DNA from: Kiloniellales bacterium
Lineage (GTDB): Bacteria > Pseudomonadota > Alphaproteobacteria > Kiloniellales > JAKSDN01
Length of the DNA: 64,000 nucleotides
Reading direction: 5' to 3'
Assembly (NCBI GenBank): GCA_033720555.1
Contig: JAWWCG010000001.1
Coordinates: 3,357 to 67,356 of the forward strand
The position numbers and the translations under genes were made by a program. Under the pieces are notes generated by a model. It ran no database searches, was not told the DNA's origin, and was given only the letters and a program-made list of their open reading frames with translations. Numbering within the stretch: position 1 is the stretch's first letter; every line of letters begins with the position of its first letter. Shown piece by piece: positions 1-8,740 of the stretch.

Positions 1-75
1 CAACGGAAGTGCCGGAGCGGCTTTCCCTTTGGCGCAGCCCAATGCAATCTCGCTCAAGATTACAACGAGGGACTG

Positions 76-453
76 ATGGCTACAGCAAACGATCTAGGAG
101 AAGCCGCTGCCTTGACGGCGCGGCAGGCTGGCGCCTCGGGGCTTTTGGCGAATACGTTGCTAACGACGCTGAGCGCCTGGAATAGCCAGTGGACGTCGGT
201 GCTTGCCGGCGACACGCCCGACGAGCAGACCGTGCAAAACTGGGAGGTTCTTTCCCGAAGGCTTCAGGGCGAGTTGTTCTTTGAGACCGGCGGCAGCACC
301 CAGACCGATGGCGCTCAGGTGCAGCGAGTCATCGAAATCGTGGCTCGCACGTGCTATGCAGCGCAAGGAGCCGAGGCAGCGGGCCGCATCAGCGGCGCCG
401 ATGCGGCGGCTATCCTGGAGGACTGGAACGATACCTGGGGGGCTGTTCTGTGA
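76..453 (+). CDS. hypothetical protein (Ala-rich, helical)
   Basis: 125-aa ORF, co-directional and 54 nt upstream of the amidase gene. No motif recognised. Confidence 0.45.
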   Translation: MATANDLGEAAALTARQAGASGLLANTLLTTLSAWNSQWTSVLAGDTPDEQTVQNWEVLSRRLQGELFFETGGSTQTDGAQVQRVIEIVARTCYAAQGAEAAGRISGADAAAILEDWNDTWGAVL

Positions 454-506
454 TCTCTCCGCTCGCCAGGCCCTCGACCGACTTTGGGCATCGACCGGCG
501 AGCTTC

Positions 507-1223
507 ATGCGCATGCGCTCGACGCCGGTCTACGGCGTGACAGTTCACACAACGGGTTCTGGCCTTCCCAAGAAATCAAGCGCCCTTACCCCTATGGCAA
601 CGCTACAGCGCGCCGTGCGCTACTACACGGACTCCGGCGGGCCGTCCTATGTCATTGGATGGGATGGGACCATCGTCGCGACAGCCGACACCGAGAAGCG
701 ACGCACCCATCATCAGGGCATCGCATCCGCGGAAAAGTCAAAATATGCGTCGGGGCAGTGGCAGCGAGAGGTGTCTCCGGCAGGGCTTCGCATCTGGCAG
801 CGCCGATGGCCTGGTCGACGAAGCCCGATTGAACTGGTGCCAGATCGAAACCTAAGCCATACAAACGATTACTGGATCGGCATCGAGCTGATCCCCGTGA
901 CGGATGGCTCGACGACGTGGTTTCCGCCGAAGGCGCCAGGAAGGCGATTTAGCGCTGCGCAGCACGAGTCGCTAGCAAAGTTGCTCACAGATATCGGCAA
1001 ACGCCATGGCCTTCCTTCCGGTTGGAAAGAAAGCGCGCGACTTGTCGCGCATTCCGATATCAATCCTCTTACTCGCGACACGAGGGCCATGCCGATGTGG
1101 GATCCCGGCTTCACGAACCTTGACTGGAGCTTTGTGAAAAGTGGCGGCCTTGGCGGGTTTGCCATTCGCGCAGCCGCCGCGATCGGGATCGGGTACGCGC
1201 TGGCCAAGTACGTTTTTAAGTGA
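507..1223 (+). CDS. N-acetylmuramoyl-L-alanine amidase (Amidase_2/PGRP-like endolysin) with C-terminal membrane anchor
   Basis: Internal ATG (507) of ORF 351..1223. Amidase_2-like blocks VYGVTVHTTGS, YWIGIELIP, LVAHSDINP. The C-terminus GGFAIRAAAAIGIGYALAKYVFK is a hydrophobic helix plus basic tail. Confidence 0.75.
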   Translation: MRMRSTPVYGVTVHTTGSGLPKKSSALTPMATLQRAVRYYTDSGGPSYVIGWDGTIVATADTEKRRTHHQGIASAEKSKYASGQWQREVSPAGLRIWQRRWPGRRSPIELVPDRNLSHTNDYWIGIELIPVTDGSTTWFPPKAPGRRFSAAQHESLAKLLTDIGKRHGLPSGWKESARLVAHSDINPLTRDTRAMPMWDPGFTNLDWSFVKSGGLGGFAIRAAAAIGIGYALAKYVFK

Positions 1224-1229
1224 GGAAGC

Positions 1230-3107
1230 ATGGGCACGATCACGGTGGCCCTTCCCGTCCCTGCGGGAACGGGCGTGGGCGGCGCAGTTAGCACGGCGTC
1301 TCTAAATATCGACAAGACGGTCGTCGTTGGCGGCGAGTTTCGAGGGTCTCTTATCATCGAAGCGTCCGCAGGTGGCTTATCGTTCTGCCAGGTGGCGACA
1401 TTCACGCAGCCAGGCAATCAGCGATTGACGATCTGCGCAGACGAGATGCGAGTCCGTGTGCCAGGGCCGGCAGTGGTCGCGAGCGTCGACGTAGGGGCGG
1501 CAGACGCGGGCTGCGCTTTTTCTGGGGCACTCGATGTCCCGGCCGGCAATGGGCTGGGGGCTCCGACCAATATTGCGACTCTTGGGACCTTGATGACGGC
1601 GCTTGTGGGAGACGCCGACTTTACGGGGACGCTGGAAGTCCTCATTAGTTATGACGGGGTTGACTACTCGCAGGTGTTTGCGACGTTTACCCGAGCAGGC
1701 TGTAAGACCAGGTCGGCGCCGGCGATTTTTTGTCGCGTGCGTCGCTCAGGGGTCGTCACAGGAACTCCGACGCCGCAGGTGCATATCGGCGCCCAAAATG
1801 ACTTTGCGACAACCACCGCCGCCCCGACAGGCGGCGTCCTGCCATTGCGCGCTGGTCCGATTTCTGGGACAGGGTTTCCGTCCGGCGAAATCGCGCTCGT
1901 GGACCCCCTGGGGCCGAATGCCGCGGACGATGGAAGCCTTGCGACACCATTTTTGACTCTTCAGGGCGCCATTGACGCCTCGGTGTTGCCTACAACGTCA
2001 GCGGAGGCCAACCAGAGGTTTGTTGTTCAGGTTGTTCCAGGGGCCTACGACGAGGACCTCACGGTTCCGCCCGCGCGACGCATCTTGTTCAACTCGTCCG
2101 GAGGTGTGACGCTGGGTGACGCAGCGTTGGCGGGCGGCGCGTCGACCACGCCAAGAAACGTCACGGTTCAAGTCGATGGAAGCCTAGAGCCGGCGGGGAT
2201 GGTTCCGTCAACAACCTTCACGACGACGGAAGACGTCAATGGGTTCATTGGCACCCTAACAACCTTTGCTCTTGGATGGACGATTTCCGGAAGCGTCAAT
2301 GTTACAGATGTTGGCGGTGTCGCGAGTGAGCACGCGCTGATCTTCGGGAAAGTGCGCATCGAAGGAAATGTCGACGGAACGGGTGATGCGACAGGTGGAT
2401 CGGAGCCTCTGATCGGGTTTTCGAGCTGCGTAGTGCAGGGAACAATAAACTACCCCCTGGCCGATCTTCTTCTTTCGAACAACTCCATCTACGAGGACCT
2501 TGTCACCCTCGATCAATATGGGCTTATCGAAAATTGTCGCTTCGAAGGGGGTATGACCATCACGTCAGTGCCCGTGATTCCTCCGCCACGGGGGCTTGTG
2601 AACACCAACCTTCAGGGGACGTTTACCGGCCCAAGTAGCTCCCTGGTCATCGATTCGGAATCCAATCGAATATTTGTCGAAAATGGTGGGGTTCTTGCGG
2701 GCGGGGCAACTCGGCAGTTTCGCGGCAGTGCAAACTCCCAGTTCTGGGGCAATACATCTATCGCGGCAAGCGCGGACACGCGCTTTTTGCAGTTCGGCTT
2801 TGGCACAGGGACGGCCCCGACCACGCCAACGTTTCAAGTGCTGGCCGGGTCATCGGGCACCGCGGTCGCGATCATTGCGACGCACGGAAGCTCCGCCGGC
2901 AATGGGGCTCCCGTCGACTATCGGCTTCGAGTAAACGGAATCGATACGGCGCTTACGGTCTCGCTCGTCACGGGTGCGGAGGGGACCGCAAGTGCGACAG
3001 CCGAGGTTGATGTCGTCGCAGGCGACCAGATCGACGTCGTGGCCGTCAAGGCCGCCTCAATCGGCTCGGGGGGAATCGACGTGTCCGTGCAAATTCTTTC
3101 CTTCTAG
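1230..3107 (+). CDS. Tailspike/fibre paralog 1 (duplicated N-terminal module, beta-helix-like centre, C-terminal domain shared with 43552..45411)
   Basis: 625 aa. Residues ~5-190 are two tandem copies of the module found in five other genes (LPVPAG-G-G ... FCQVA ... MRVRV). The motif TPFLTLQGAIDA...GAYDEDLTVPP matches TPFATLQGAINA...GLYEEDLTIPP in 43552..45411. Confidence 0.75.
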   Translation: MGTITVALPVPAGTGVGGAVSTASLNIDKTVVVGGEFRGSLIIEASAGGLSFCQVATFTQPGNQRLTICADEMRVRVPGPAVVASVDVGAADAGCAFSGALDVPAGNGLGAPTNIATLGTLMTALVGDADFTGTLEVLISYDGVDYSQVFATFTRAGCKTRSAPAIFCRVRRSGVVTGTPTPQVHIGAQNDFATTTAAPTGGVLPLRAGPISGTGFPSGEIALVDPLGPNAADDGSLATPFLTLQGAIDASVLPTTSAEANQRFVVQVVPGAYDEDLTVPPARRILFNSSGGVTLGDAALAGGASTTPRNVTVQVDGSLEPAGMVPSTTFTTTEDVNGFIGTLTTFALGWTISGSVNVTDVGGVASEHALIFGKVRIEGNVDGTGDATGGSEPLIGFSSCVVQGTINYPLADLLLSNNSIYEDLVTLDQYGLIENCRFEGGMTITSVPVIPPPRGLVNTNLQGTFTGPSSSLVIDSESNRIFVENGGVLAGGATRQFRGSANSQFWGNTSIAASADTRFLQFGFGTGTAPTTPTFQVLAGSSGTAVAIIATHGSSAGNGAPVDYRLRVNGIDTALTVSLVTGAEGTASATAEVDVVAGDQIDVVAVKAASIGSGGIDVSVQILSF

Positions 3108-3154
3108 CGTAAGCTCGCGAACAACGTTTGCCGCAGCTCAGCGTATGCTGAGGC

Positions 3155-3319
3155 ATGCGTTGGTATCGGGTTGAGAACGCCATCACCAATGATGCGCGGA
3201 CGGCGGCGGCATGGTGCAAGGATGGGGGCGTCGTCGAGGTTTTGACGGCGCCTGTGCATGGCCCAGGAGTTCCCATCGAGCGTTGGTGGAAGCTCAAGGG
3301 GCGCTGGGTCTCCCTGTAG
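3155..3319 (+). CDS. possible small protein (54 aa)
   Basis: ATG 3155 to TAG 3319. Translation MRWYRVENAITNDARTAAAWCKDGGVVEVLTAPVHGPGVPIERWWKLKGRWVSL looks protein-like. The SD is poorly spaced. Below the ORF-track size cut-off. Confidence 0.3.
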   Translation: MRWYRVENAITNDARTAAAWCKDGGVVEVLTAPVHGPGVPIERWWKLKGRWVSL

Positions 3320-3323
3320 GGCG

Positions 3324-3737
3324 CTACTGCCATTGGCAGGGGAGGCTTAGCATGACCTCCTCTTTGTTCTTCACCCAGCGCTCCTCTTCCGCAGGTGTGC
3401 TGCGGGTGCAGTCCTCGACGTCCAGGGCACTGATGCACTCGATGTATGGGTAGCCGCACTGCTCTGCGCGCGTGCAAAGAGCATGAAAAGTGCGCTCGCA
3501 GATTTCGCGAGGAGCGACGAGCGAGGCGTCTGGTGGCGGCGCTGCGTCGATGATGTGTGGCGAGGCCGGCGGCGGCGCGCACCAGGCGCCGCAGGAGACC
3601 CATGCCGCCGAAATTGCTAACGGAAAGAAAGCGTAACCTAGAGCGCGAAATCCGCGCGGTCTCGCTCGACCTTGAGGCGCATGTCGATTCGCTGCATCAG
3701 GCGCACGAAGGCGGGGATATGACGTCCATCGAACCAC
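3324..3737 (-). CDS. possible Cys-rich small protein; start codon unresolved
   Basis: The C-terminal ~70 aa (ICERTFHALCTRAEQCGYPYIECISALDVEDC...) look coding. The annotated ATG overlaps the upstream gene by 100 nt and no good internal start was seen. Confidence 0.25.
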   Translation of the reverse strand: MVRWTSYPRLRAPDAANRHAPQGRARPRGFRALGYAFFPLAISAAWVSCGAWCAPPPASPHIIDAAPPPDASLVAPREICERTFHALCTRAEQCGYPYIECISALDVEDCTRSTPAEEERWVKNKEEVMLSLPCQWQ

Positions 3738-3955
3738 GATGTCTCCTTCTTCTGGCCGCTGTGCTCGTAGGCGCGGAAGAACTGAAACGAATAGTTTTCC
3801 ATGCCATTTTTGTTGCGGCGCTTGGTGATGCGCACAGAGACGCCGTCCGGGTCGGCCAGGGTGTCGACGGGAGAGTACGCGGACGACTTAAACGACCGCT
3901 TGTACTCGACCTTAGGAGCAGGCGCATGCCGGCGGTGATAAGAATTTCGCTGCAT
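3638..3955 (-). CDS. hypothetical protein (basic)
   Basis: 105-aa ORF 5 nt downstream of 3963..4160 in the integrase operon. No secure motif. Confidence 0.5.
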   Translation of the reverse strand: MQRNSYHRRHAPAPKVEYKRSFKSSAYSPVDTLADPDGVSVRITKRRNKNGMENYSFQFFRAYEHSGQKKETSWFDGRHIPAFVRLMQRIDMRLKVERDRADFAL

Positions 3956-3962
3956 TGAGTCC

Positions 3963-4160
3963 TCAGATGCGCATGTTGCGCGATTCGTGCGTGCGTCCCA
4001 TGGGCCATACGACTAAGCGCTGGCCGCGGGCGAGGGGGAGTTGTCCTTGGTAGCGAGAAACGAATTCGACTTTGGCGCTCGGGTATCCGCGCGCGGTGAC
4101 GGTGTAGATGCGGCCGTCGACGTAGCGGATCTTGTAGCGTTCCTTGATACCTACCGTCAT
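3963..4160 (-). CDS. hypothetical small protein
   Basis: 65-aa ORF whose start overlaps the integrase stop by 4 nt (4157-4160), implying translational coupling. Confidence 0.5.
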   Translation of the reverse strand: MTVGIKERYKIRYVDGRIYTVTARGYPSAKVEFVSRYQGQLPLARGQRLVVWPMGRTHESRNMRI

Positions 4161-5020
4161 GTGTCTGATTTAAGCCTGTCGCGCATGCGATCGGCAACCA
4201 CATCCAGCTCCTCTCGGCGGGAATGGTCGACGTATTGCGCAGCGGTCGCAATGTTCGCCCACCCCATGTGGTCGCGCAGCTTGGCCAGATCGCCGCCCAC
4301 TTCCTCCAGGAAATGCACTGCATAGGTGCGACGAAGCCGGTGCGGGCTCACGGCCCCGTTTCCCAATCCGGCAGCCTCAGACAAATCGGCGAACTCGCGC
4401 TGAATGCGAAGAACGGCGGCGTCGGCAGGGCAGCGGGCGCGGGGGGAGATGAGGTCAGCAACGATGTTCCACGGGGCAGAGAGCGGCAGGAGGGCGAGGT
4501 AACGCTCAAAGGGCCTCGCAGTCCATCGAAGAGTTGTGCCGCCCTTGACCTCAAATGCAAGAACGCCCGTGCGCAACGCTTCCTGGGCTTGGAGACGTTG
4601 AATGTCGCAGGCATCCCCCACGCGAAAGCCGCGAACGCAGATGAGTCCGGCGATTGCCCTGACAGCTGCCGGAGCCGCAAGCGCATCGACGGCCTCGATG
4701 ACGGCCTGCCACTCATCCAGCGACAGCGGAAATTTCTCTTGGACCCGCCGGGCCGGCGGGAGGTGGATGGAGTCAAGAAGGTCGCCAAGGTCGCGATTTT
4801 CCGTGTAGCGAGCCCAGGCGCGCAACGACGCCAGTGTGACGCGCCGAGTCTTCGGCGCGTAGTCTTTGCTGACCAGGCGATCGGTGATGTGGCCGCACGC
4901 GAGAGACTTGCGAACCTCTGCGGTGTACGCGGCAATGGTCTTTGCCGAGCTTCCGCGACGTCGAAGCCAGGAGGAGAACTCACTAAGGGGCGGATCGGGC
5001 ACGTTTGACCTTGTGGTCAC
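4157..5020 (-). CDS. int: Tyrosine recombinase / phage integrase
   Basis: 287 aa. Core-binding-like N-terminus (KTIAAYTAEV), Arg in VRGFRVGDA, H-x-x-R in SPHRLRRTYAVHF, and HMGW...AAQYV carrying the catalytic Tyr. GTG start at 5020; alternative GTG at 5002 with a better SD. Confidence 0.9.
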   Translation of the reverse strand: MTTRSNVPDPPLSEFSSWLRRRGSSAKTIAAYTAEVRKSLACGHITDRLVSKDYAPKTRRVTLASLRAWARYTENRDLGDLLDSIHLPPARRVQEKFPLSLDEWQAVIEAVDALAAPAAVRAIAGLICVRGFRVGDACDIQRLQAQEALRTGVLAFEVKGGTTLRWTARPFERYLALLPLSAPWNIVADLISPRARCPADAAVLRIQREFADLSEAAGLGNGAVSPHRLRRTYAVHFLEEVGGDLAKLRDHMGWANIATAAQYVDHSRREELDVVADRMRDRLKSDT

Positions 5021-5033
5021 GGTTTGGTATAGT
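5005..5033 (+). promoter_or_regulatory. Near-consensus sigma70-type promoter
   Basis: TTGACC (5005-5010), 17-nt spacer, TATAGT (5028-5033). Overlaps the 5' end of int on the other strand. Confidence 0.6.
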
Positions 5034-5039
5034 TTGTGC

Positions 5040-5135
5040 CTCTCCGAGTGGGTTTACCCAGACTGTGTCCTGCAAAGGAACGCTCGGGGCAGTTCCTTGG
5101 CCCCCGCCAGTACCTCCTGGCGGGGGTTTCTTTTT
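5040..5135 (+). ncRNA. Candidate ~95-nt small RNA (promoter-to-terminator unit), antisense to any int leader
   Basis: Predicted start ~5040 after the promoter. Stem-loop AAGGAAC/GTTCCTT (5075-5098), then an intrinsic terminator (5101-5135). No credible ORF inside. Confidence 0.4.
5101..5135 (+). terminator. Rho-independent terminator
   Basis: CCCCCGCCAG-tacctc-CTGGCGGGGG (10-bp GC stem) followed by TTTCTTTTT. Confidence 0.7.
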
Positions 5136-5154
5136 GGCTTATGGTGCCTAAGGG

Positions 5155-5376
5155 ATGGGGATCATCATACAGGGCGGTGGCCAGGGAGCCGCAGATTTCC
5201 TGGAATACGTTGCGCGCCTGCTTCGCAAGGGCGCCGTCAAAGCGCTTTCCATTGCGATGGCCGAAAACGGAGAGATGCGCGTCTCAGTCGTCTTTGCTGA
5301 CGGGTTCCCGCCGGGCATCGAGCCGTATGACCCGCGAGACCCAGAGGTAGAAGCGCCAGGAGGAGACGACGTCTAG
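5155..5376 (+). CDS. hypothetical small protein
   Basis: 73-aa ORF just downstream of the terminator. Weak SD. Convergent with the minus-strand genes. Confidence 0.35.
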   Translation: MGIIIQGGGQGAADFLEYVARLLRKGAVKALSIAMAENGEMRVSVVFADGFPPGIEPYDPRDPEVEAPGGDDV

Positions 5377-5585
5377 CGGAAGAGAGGCAGCTGCTCGCCG
5401 TGCTGTCGATGCAAGTCGGCCTCGGGACAATTCGCCCAATGCGGTTCGTAGCCATCGACCCAGCGCACGATCTCGCCATCGACGACAACGGCGACTCGTC
5501 GAGGTTGTCGCTCTAGCGGCATCGGGCGCCCGTGTTCGGTGTCTGCCCAGAAAATTTCTGCGTCGCAACTTTTACACAACGCCAT
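5373..5585 (-). CDS. small Cys/His protein (possible zinc-binding)
   Basis: Internal ATG (5585) of ORF 5373..5723 gives MALCKSCDAEIFW...HWANCPE. Overlaps the methyltransferase stop by 14 nt. Confidence 0.5.
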   Translation of the reverse strand: MALCKSCDAEIFWADTEHGRPMPLERQPRRVAVVVDGEIVRWVDGYEPHWANCPEADLHRQHGEQLPLFR

Positions 5586-6222
5586 TGGTTTTTGCCCTCT
5601 CCACCACAGCGGCGGTCGAGACAGGCCAAAAGACAAGGTGGTGTTGGTCAGTGAACGCCTCGAATGCCTTGTGTTCCTTAGGATGACCGCGATAGTCATC
5701 GCAGACAAGGAGTCCTCCACCACGGAGCTGCGACCAGGCGGCGTTTAGCTCGAACGACATGTTGTCGTATCCGTGGTCGCTGTCGTGGACAAAGACGTCC
5801 CAGGGGCCGCCAATCTTGTCAAGCGCGGAAATGCTTCGCTCCGGCAAGAACGTCCATCGGTCAAAGGGTAGTTTCACCCCAAGATGCTTCGTGAGCGTGG
5901 CCTCAGCATGGCGTTGCGAGGGATGCACAGGGTCGCAAGAGACTAGCTTTCCAGACCCATTGGCCTGTAGAGCGTGAAGAATAAAATAGGTAGACACGCC
6001 CAGTCGGACGCCGGTCTCGACGACAACGCGAGGCTGGACGATGCGGAGGATGGCGTAGAGGTAGTCCTGGTAGCGAATCGGACCCGACCGATGCACGTAA
6101 TTGCGCCTCGGCAACGTCAGCGCCTCCGTCTGGAGTTGCTCACGCAAGCCGCGCGGGTCGGCGACGCCTTGGCGCTCGGCCAGCTCCTCGACGTATTGCC
6201 AGCCGCTAACCTTCCCGCGCAT
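5572..6222 (-). CDS. Class I SAM-dependent methyltransferase (Methyltransf_24 / CmcI-like)
   Basis: Motif I-like VVETGVRLGVST, then SCDP, VFVHDSDH, LLVCDDY blocks. ATG at 6222 overlaps the RecT stop (6206). Confidence 0.65.
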   Translation of the reverse strand: MRGKVSGWQYVEELAERQGVADPRGLREQLQTEALTLPRRNYVHRSGPIRYQDYLYAILRIVQPRVVVETGVRLGVSTYFILHALQANGSGKLVSCDPVHPSQRHAEATLTKHLGVKLPFDRWTFLPERSISALDKIGGPWDVFVHDSDHGYDNMSFELNAAWSQLRGGGLLVCDDYRGHPKEHKAFEAFTDQHHLVFWPVSTAAVVERAKTNGVV

Positions 6223-7015
6223 GGGCGTTCTCCTCGATAAGCCGGCCGGCCGGCGCGTTTTCGCCGTCCCAAGAAAAAAGGTGGCCGTCCTGGCCGTCGT
6301 CACGGGCTCGCTCTTGGCGAATGACTGCCTCTAAAGGGCTACCTGAGCGGATAGGAAGGTCGGCGAGGGCGCGGCGAATGCTTGTTTTGCGAGCCATCGC
6401 GGCCCAGTGGTCGCGCCAAGGGCCGTCGTCGGAGCGCTGAGACTTGCTGCGATAGAAGTCGACCTCGCGACGGGTAAGAGGGTGAAAGCTAAAAAGACGC
6501 TGTTCATGAACAATCACGGTGTAGACGTGCGTCACGTCGCCGCGATCATCGGCAGCGGATGGTCGGTGGACGAAGGGTGCGGAGCCCTCCCATTCGCGCT
6601 CCCACGCAATGGAAAAGTCGTCGCGCTCGTAGACTAGGCGAGTGAAGATGCCAGTCACTTTAGCCGACTCGTAGGCAAGGGTCATTAGGCCCTTGTACCC
6701 GAGCATGAACTGGACCTCGCGAACGTTGCGCTTGCGATTCTGGTAGGGGACCAGGTAGCCAAGGGCAAGGTGCGGATTGGGCTCGATGCCGTACCAGGCG
6801 GAATCCATCAGCGCCATCACCCAGCTCGCCGGCGTGCATTCCAGGAGCTTGGGGTTCTGCGTAGCCGCCGCAACCGCAAGGTCAATCAGTCGGTCGGAAT
6901 TCAGCTCGCGACCGCGGCACATGCCGGCCAGGACGCTGGAGCGGTCGTGAAGGTAGCGAACAAGGTGTTTTCGCCGCTCCTTCGGGTCGCGCACAAGCGC
7001 GGTGTCGTCGGACAT
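6206..7015 (-). CDS. recT: RecT-family single-strand annealing protein
   Basis: RecT-like blocks ECTPASWVMALMDSAWYGIEPNP, LGYLVPY, VQFMLGYKGLMTLA. ATG at 7015 with GGAG 11 nt upstream, directly after the exonuclease stop. Confidence 0.85.
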   Translation of the reverse strand: MSDDTALVRDPKERRKHLVRYLHDRSSVLAGMCRGRELNSDRLIDLAVAAATQNPKLLECTPASWVMALMDSAWYGIEPNPHLALGYLVPYQNRKRNVREVQFMLGYKGLMTLAYESAKVTGIFTRLVYERDDFSIAWEREWEGSAPFVHRPSAADDRGDVTHVYTVIVHEQRLFSFHPLTRREVDFYRSKSQRSDDGPWRDHWAAMARKTSIRRALADLPIRSGSPLEAVIRQERARDDGQDGHLFSWDGENAPAGRLIEENAHAREG

Positions 7016-7020
7016 TGTGA

Positions 7021-8001
7021 TTAGGACTCCAGGTGGCACGCGAAGCGCCGAAAAGGGTCGTGGCGGTGCTGATTGACGAGTTCATCAAGCTCGGAGGGCG
7101 GAAGCTCCATGTCGCGAGCCAGGTCGCGGGCGACGGCCTCCCAGTTGACTCGCCCGCGTTGCATGGCCCACGTGATGCGCCCCCAGTCACCGCGGATGCC
7201 TTGGGCGTCACCGACCATATCGCAAAGATGTGCGCGAGCGATGCGAAGTTCTGCGTCAATCCGCTTGGCGAGCTGGCGCGCGTTCTCGTATGCTCGCACC
7301 CAGACCTCAGCATCCTCGGGGGCGTCGACGATTTCTGGTCGGTCCACCTTCGGATGGCGATGCTTGGACAGGTAGGTAGTGGTGGCCTCGGAGAAGTCGA
7401 GGCTTGGAGGGACTTGAGGAAGCACGTGCTTGGTCCAAAATCGATAGCCGACGTCCTGCAAGATCTCTCGCAGCTGGAGATCGGGGGCGAAACGCCAGAC
7501 GTGCAGTTTGCGGTTGGAAAGAAAAAAGGCGGCAACGTCGACTTCGTCCATGCCGGTGCAAGCCATCTGCCATTCGATCTGGTAGCGGACGTACGCGGGA
7601 ATGCCTTCCGTGTCGGCCGGATCCCACAGAGACGTCGATCCGCCGACCATCTTGATCTCGACAATGCGCTTGAAGGTGTATGGGTCCTCCGAGCCGAAGG
7701 GAACGACCAGCCGATCCGGCGTGGCGAACATCCATGGATTGTCTGGGTGAACGGTGCGGCACGTTCGGGTCAGCTCGTCGGTGCCGTTGAGCATCTTGTG
7801 CTGGTAGAGCCGACCGATACCGTCCTCCAGGAACGAGCCCGCAATCATCGATTCGGTGGTCGCGCCATGTTCGCCGAACACCTTGGAGTTCCAGACGGAC
7901 ATGGGCGTTGCATTGTCAAACGGAGCGCCGCCGGCGATGGCCGCGATGTCGCTGGATCCGATGCCGGCTCGGCGGGCCTCAAGTTCCTCAGCGGAAAGCA
8001 T
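7021..8001 (-). CDS. YqaJ-like viral recombinase exonuclease (PD-(D/E)XK)
   Basis: N-terminal GIGSSDIAAI, TPDRLV ... VEIKM (D...ExK) nuclease core. Immediately upstream of recT. Confidence 0.85.
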   Translation of the reverse strand: MLSAEELEARRAGIGSSDIAAIAGGAPFDNATPMSVWNSKVFGEHGATTESMIAGSFLEDGIGRLYQHKMLNGTDELTRTCRTVHPDNPWMFATPDRLVVPFGSEDPYTFKRIVEIKMVGGSTSLWDPADTEGIPAYVRYQIEWQMACTGMDEVDVAAFFLSNRKLHVWRFAPDLQLREILQDVGYRFWTKHVLPQVPPSLDFSEATTTYLSKHRHPKVDRPEIVDAPEDAEVWVRAYENARQLAKRIDAELRIARAHLCDMVGDAQGIRGDWGRITWAMQRGRVNWEAVARDLARDMELPPSELDELVNQHRHDPFRRFACHLES

Positions 8002-8071
8002 GGGCGCACCCTACGGGACGCCTATGACAGTCCAAAAGTCAAGACCAAGCGGGCGGAAACGAAGCCGAGGA

Positions 8072-8090
8072 GAGATCTCCAAGAGATCTC
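8072..8090. promoter_or_regulatory. Twin palindromic operator-like sites
   Basis: GAGATCTC (8072-8079) and GAGATCTC (8083-8090). Each is self-complementary, they are 11 bp centre to centre, and they lie ~70 bp upstream of the exonuclease start. Confidence 0.4.
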
Positions 8091-8740
8091 GGGGTGTTGC
8101 ATTTCCAAGTGGCAGCCATTGCGCCACTCCCGCGGGTGCGCGACAGTGCGGTCAATCCGGAATACGGATTTTCAGGAAAACTTCAGTGTGATGGCCGATA
8201 CGGGCACATCATGTCGTGCCGCAGGTTGCCATACACGTCGCATTGCGCGAATGTATCTCACGCAGCGGGCGAGCTATCGCCGCTGCGTGCGGACGCGCTT
8301 GCTGCGTTGGCAGGCTGGGGTGGTTGTGGACTTTTGCGGAGGGAGGGCTGCCTGACGCCGAGCGGCTAGCCAAGGGATAACGTCGCCCGAAAATGGCGCA
8401 CGCCGGAATGAATCGAGGAACCCATTCCGGCGCGCTAGAGCCCCGCTTTTGTACCTTTGGCGGGGGTGATGCCGGGCGCGGGAACCGCGGCACCGCCCGT
8501 GCTCCTGATTCGCTTTGACTTGAGGGAATGCAGGAGACTTGCAGCCTCACCGACGAGCTTTTGATGAATACAATCAGTGAGTCACTCGATACTACGAGTT
8601 TTCGACCGGCGGGCCAAACCTTTGCGCCCGAAAACGTACGGGGAAATTCGCCTGATCCGACTGCTGCGGGCGGACCCTCAAAGAATGAGTTGACATCGCG
8701 CCGCCGTTCAGGCACGCGCAAATCAAACTCAAAATCAACA

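Noticed and set aside
3046-3603. 185-aa minus-strand ORF downstream of the first tailspike.
   Set aside because: The product is extremely Arg-rich and low in complexity. It overlaps more protein-like short ORFs in other frames (3155-3319 on +, 3324-3737 on -).
4223-5008. 261-aa plus-strand ORF opposite the integrase. Similar long antisense ORFs occur at 7033-8355, 8209-8973, 24151-24600, 25717-26448, 27697-28428 and 46492-47751.
   Set aside because: These are shadow ORFs of the kind expected in GC-rich DNA. Their translations are Arg/Gly/Ala/Pro-rich and low in complexity, while the opposite strand carries recognisable motifs (integrase, YqaJ, fibre modules).
1230-5020. Shufflon or invertible-segment idea: a tyrosine recombinase sits next to a fibre gene whose full-length paralog lies inverted 40 kb away.
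   Set aside because: The paralogs are diverged at the protein level, so there are no long identical inverted DNA repeats. I saw no short crossover repeats flanking fibre 3' ends. The recombinase looks like an ordinary phage integrase.
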